From Candidatus Nomurabacteria bacterium (GTDB lineage Bacteria > Patescibacteriota > Minisyncoccia > Phycocordibacterales > UBA9973): a DNA stretch of 48,437 nucleotides. Under the pieces are notes generated by a model. It was not told the DNA's origin and did no database searches. It saw nothing but the letters and a program-made list of their open reading frames with translations. How positions within the stretch are numbered: the stretch's first letter is position 1; every line of letters begins with the position of its first letter. The translations under genes and the position numbers were made by a program. The DNA lies in the NCBI GenBank assembly GCA_943356375.1, contig CALRET010000001.1:1-48437 (forward strand). The letters run 5' to 3'. Shown in pieces: positions 47,261 through 48,437 of the stretch.

Positions 47261-48437
47261 ATGAAAAAAGTTATCTTTGTTTTATTCAGTATTCTCATAC
47301 TGTATACTAGTCTTTTTGCACAACAAGTCCCGCAGAAATTTTCATATCAGGGAGTGGTTCGAGATGAATCTGGTAATGTATTGGTAAATCAAGACGCAGA
47401 TTTTAGATTTACGATTTCGGGTGATGTGCTTGGTCAACAGATTTTTTATCAAGAGACACAAGCGGTGACTACTAATCAGTTTGGTTTGATCAATGTATTG
47501 ATTGGAAATGGAACCGTTGTAAATGGATTATTTAGCTTAATTCCATGGGGAAATGCACCAATCTATTTTCTCATTGATTTAGATATTGGATCCGGCTTTG
47601 TTTCAATGGGAAATCAAGAGTTGGTTTCTGTTCCATATGCACTGTATGCTTCTTCTGGTTTGCCCGGCCCGACTGGACCTGTTGGAGAAACAGGTTTACC
47701 TGGCTCAACCGGACCTATGGGAATCCAAGGCCCATCTGGTTTTACAGGAGAGATTGGACCCACAGGCCCAACAGGAATTACTGGGCAAGATGGATTATCT
47801 GGTGGTACCGGACCTACCGGTCCAGAAGGTATCCAAGGAAATACTGGAGAAACTGGAATGAATGGCTTACCTGGTCCGACAGGTGTTCAAGGTTCAACTG
47901 GTCCTACAGGTTCAACAAATAGCATCATGCCGATTATTCGGGTATATGAATCAGATACGGTTTGGGTAAAACCAATAGATCTTAAATATGTTATTGTCGA
48001 AGTCTGTGGCGGCGGAGGCGGTGGCGGGTCTTGTGTATGGACTAGTGCTGGTGGTGGAGGAGGTGGAGGTGGTGGGTATGCTAAAAAAATAATATCCACC
48101 GATGATCTCTTGTCTATGGAAACTATAACAATTGGATTAGGCGGTACCGGTGGGTCTCTTGGTAATAATTATCCAGGTTTACCAGGGGACACTTCATTTT
48201 TTGGTAATCATTGTTCTGCTTCTGGTGGTGAGGGTGGCATGGCTGGAGCGATAAATAATGGAACAGGTGCGCTTGGTGGAATCGGGTTAGGTGGTGATGT
48301 TAATATTTCTGGCGGCGGGGGTGGCGCTTGTTCTCGATCAAATGCTGACTCACAAAGCGGTACTGGTGGGAATTCTATGTTAGGTGGTGGAGCCCCAAAC
48401 GCAAAAGGCTATGCGGGTGGTGTTAATGGTGTAAATG
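47261..48437 (+). CDS. Secreted collagen-like, glycine-rich surface protein (3' end outside the window; missing from the ORF track)
   Basis: MKKVIFVLF signal peptide, QVPQKFSYQGVVRD...SVPYALYA, 29 Gly-X-Y triplets (47657-47917), then a VEVCGGGGGGG Gly-rich domain; no stop before the window end. Confidence 0.88.
   Translation, partial: MKKVIFVLFSILILYTSLFAQQVPQKFSYQGVVRDESGNVLVNQDADFRFTISGDVLGQQIFYQETQAVTTNQFGLINVLIGNGTVVNGLFSLIPWGNAPIYFLIDLDIGSGFVSMGNQELVSVPYALYASSGLPGPTGPVGETGLPGSTGPMGIQGPSGFTGEIGPTGPTGITGQDGLSGGTGPTGPEGIQGNTGETGMNGLPGPTGVQGSTGPTGSTNSIMPIIRVYESDTVWVKPIDLKYVIVEVCGGGGGGGSCVWTSAGGGGGGGGGYAKKIISTDDLLSMETITIGLGGTGGSLGNNYPGLPGDTSFFGNHCSASGGEGGMAGAINNGTGALGGIGLGGDVNISGGGGGACSRSNADSQSGTGGNSMLGGGAPNAKGYAGGVNGVN

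Overview
This is a low-GC chromosomal segment that looks like Patescibacteria/CPR (Parcubacteria-like). Supporting signs: rplK is not followed by rplA, rpsF-ssb-rpsR is not followed by rplI, IleRS and GlyRS are eukaryote-type, and gene order is CPR-like. The backbone carries nusG, rplK, argS, ileS (with a T-box leader and an inserted histidine-phosphatase domain), recO, glyQS, metG, tatD, holA, tRNA-Lys, rpsF, ssb, rpsR, efp, recA and ftsK. Accessory genes include a dTTP-supply set (dcd, double-domain thyX, a 5'(3')-deoxyribonucleotidase, a DNPH1-like/Tmk fusion), two paralogues with DnaA-domain-IV-like repeats, an acidic S-layer-like protein, a tandem RAYT transposase locus with its REP palindromes, and a collagen-like surface protein cut by the window end. 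The most interesting signals are non-coding: (1) dispersed 7-nt-periodic repeats that form inverted ends around a four-helix-bundle gene and also occur in frame inside ileS and tatD; (2) a four-helix-bundle/wHTH gene whose promoter and coding sequence are dense with helically phased RGACA/TGTCY motifs, between two DnaA boxes and next to ftsK; (3) a roughly 375-nt structured leader before the S-layer-like gene; (4) a covarying hairpin repeat array after tRNA-Lys; (5) two orphan promoter-RNA-terminator units. No CRISPR array, rRNA or reverse transcriptase was seen. All calls were made by eye, without database searches.
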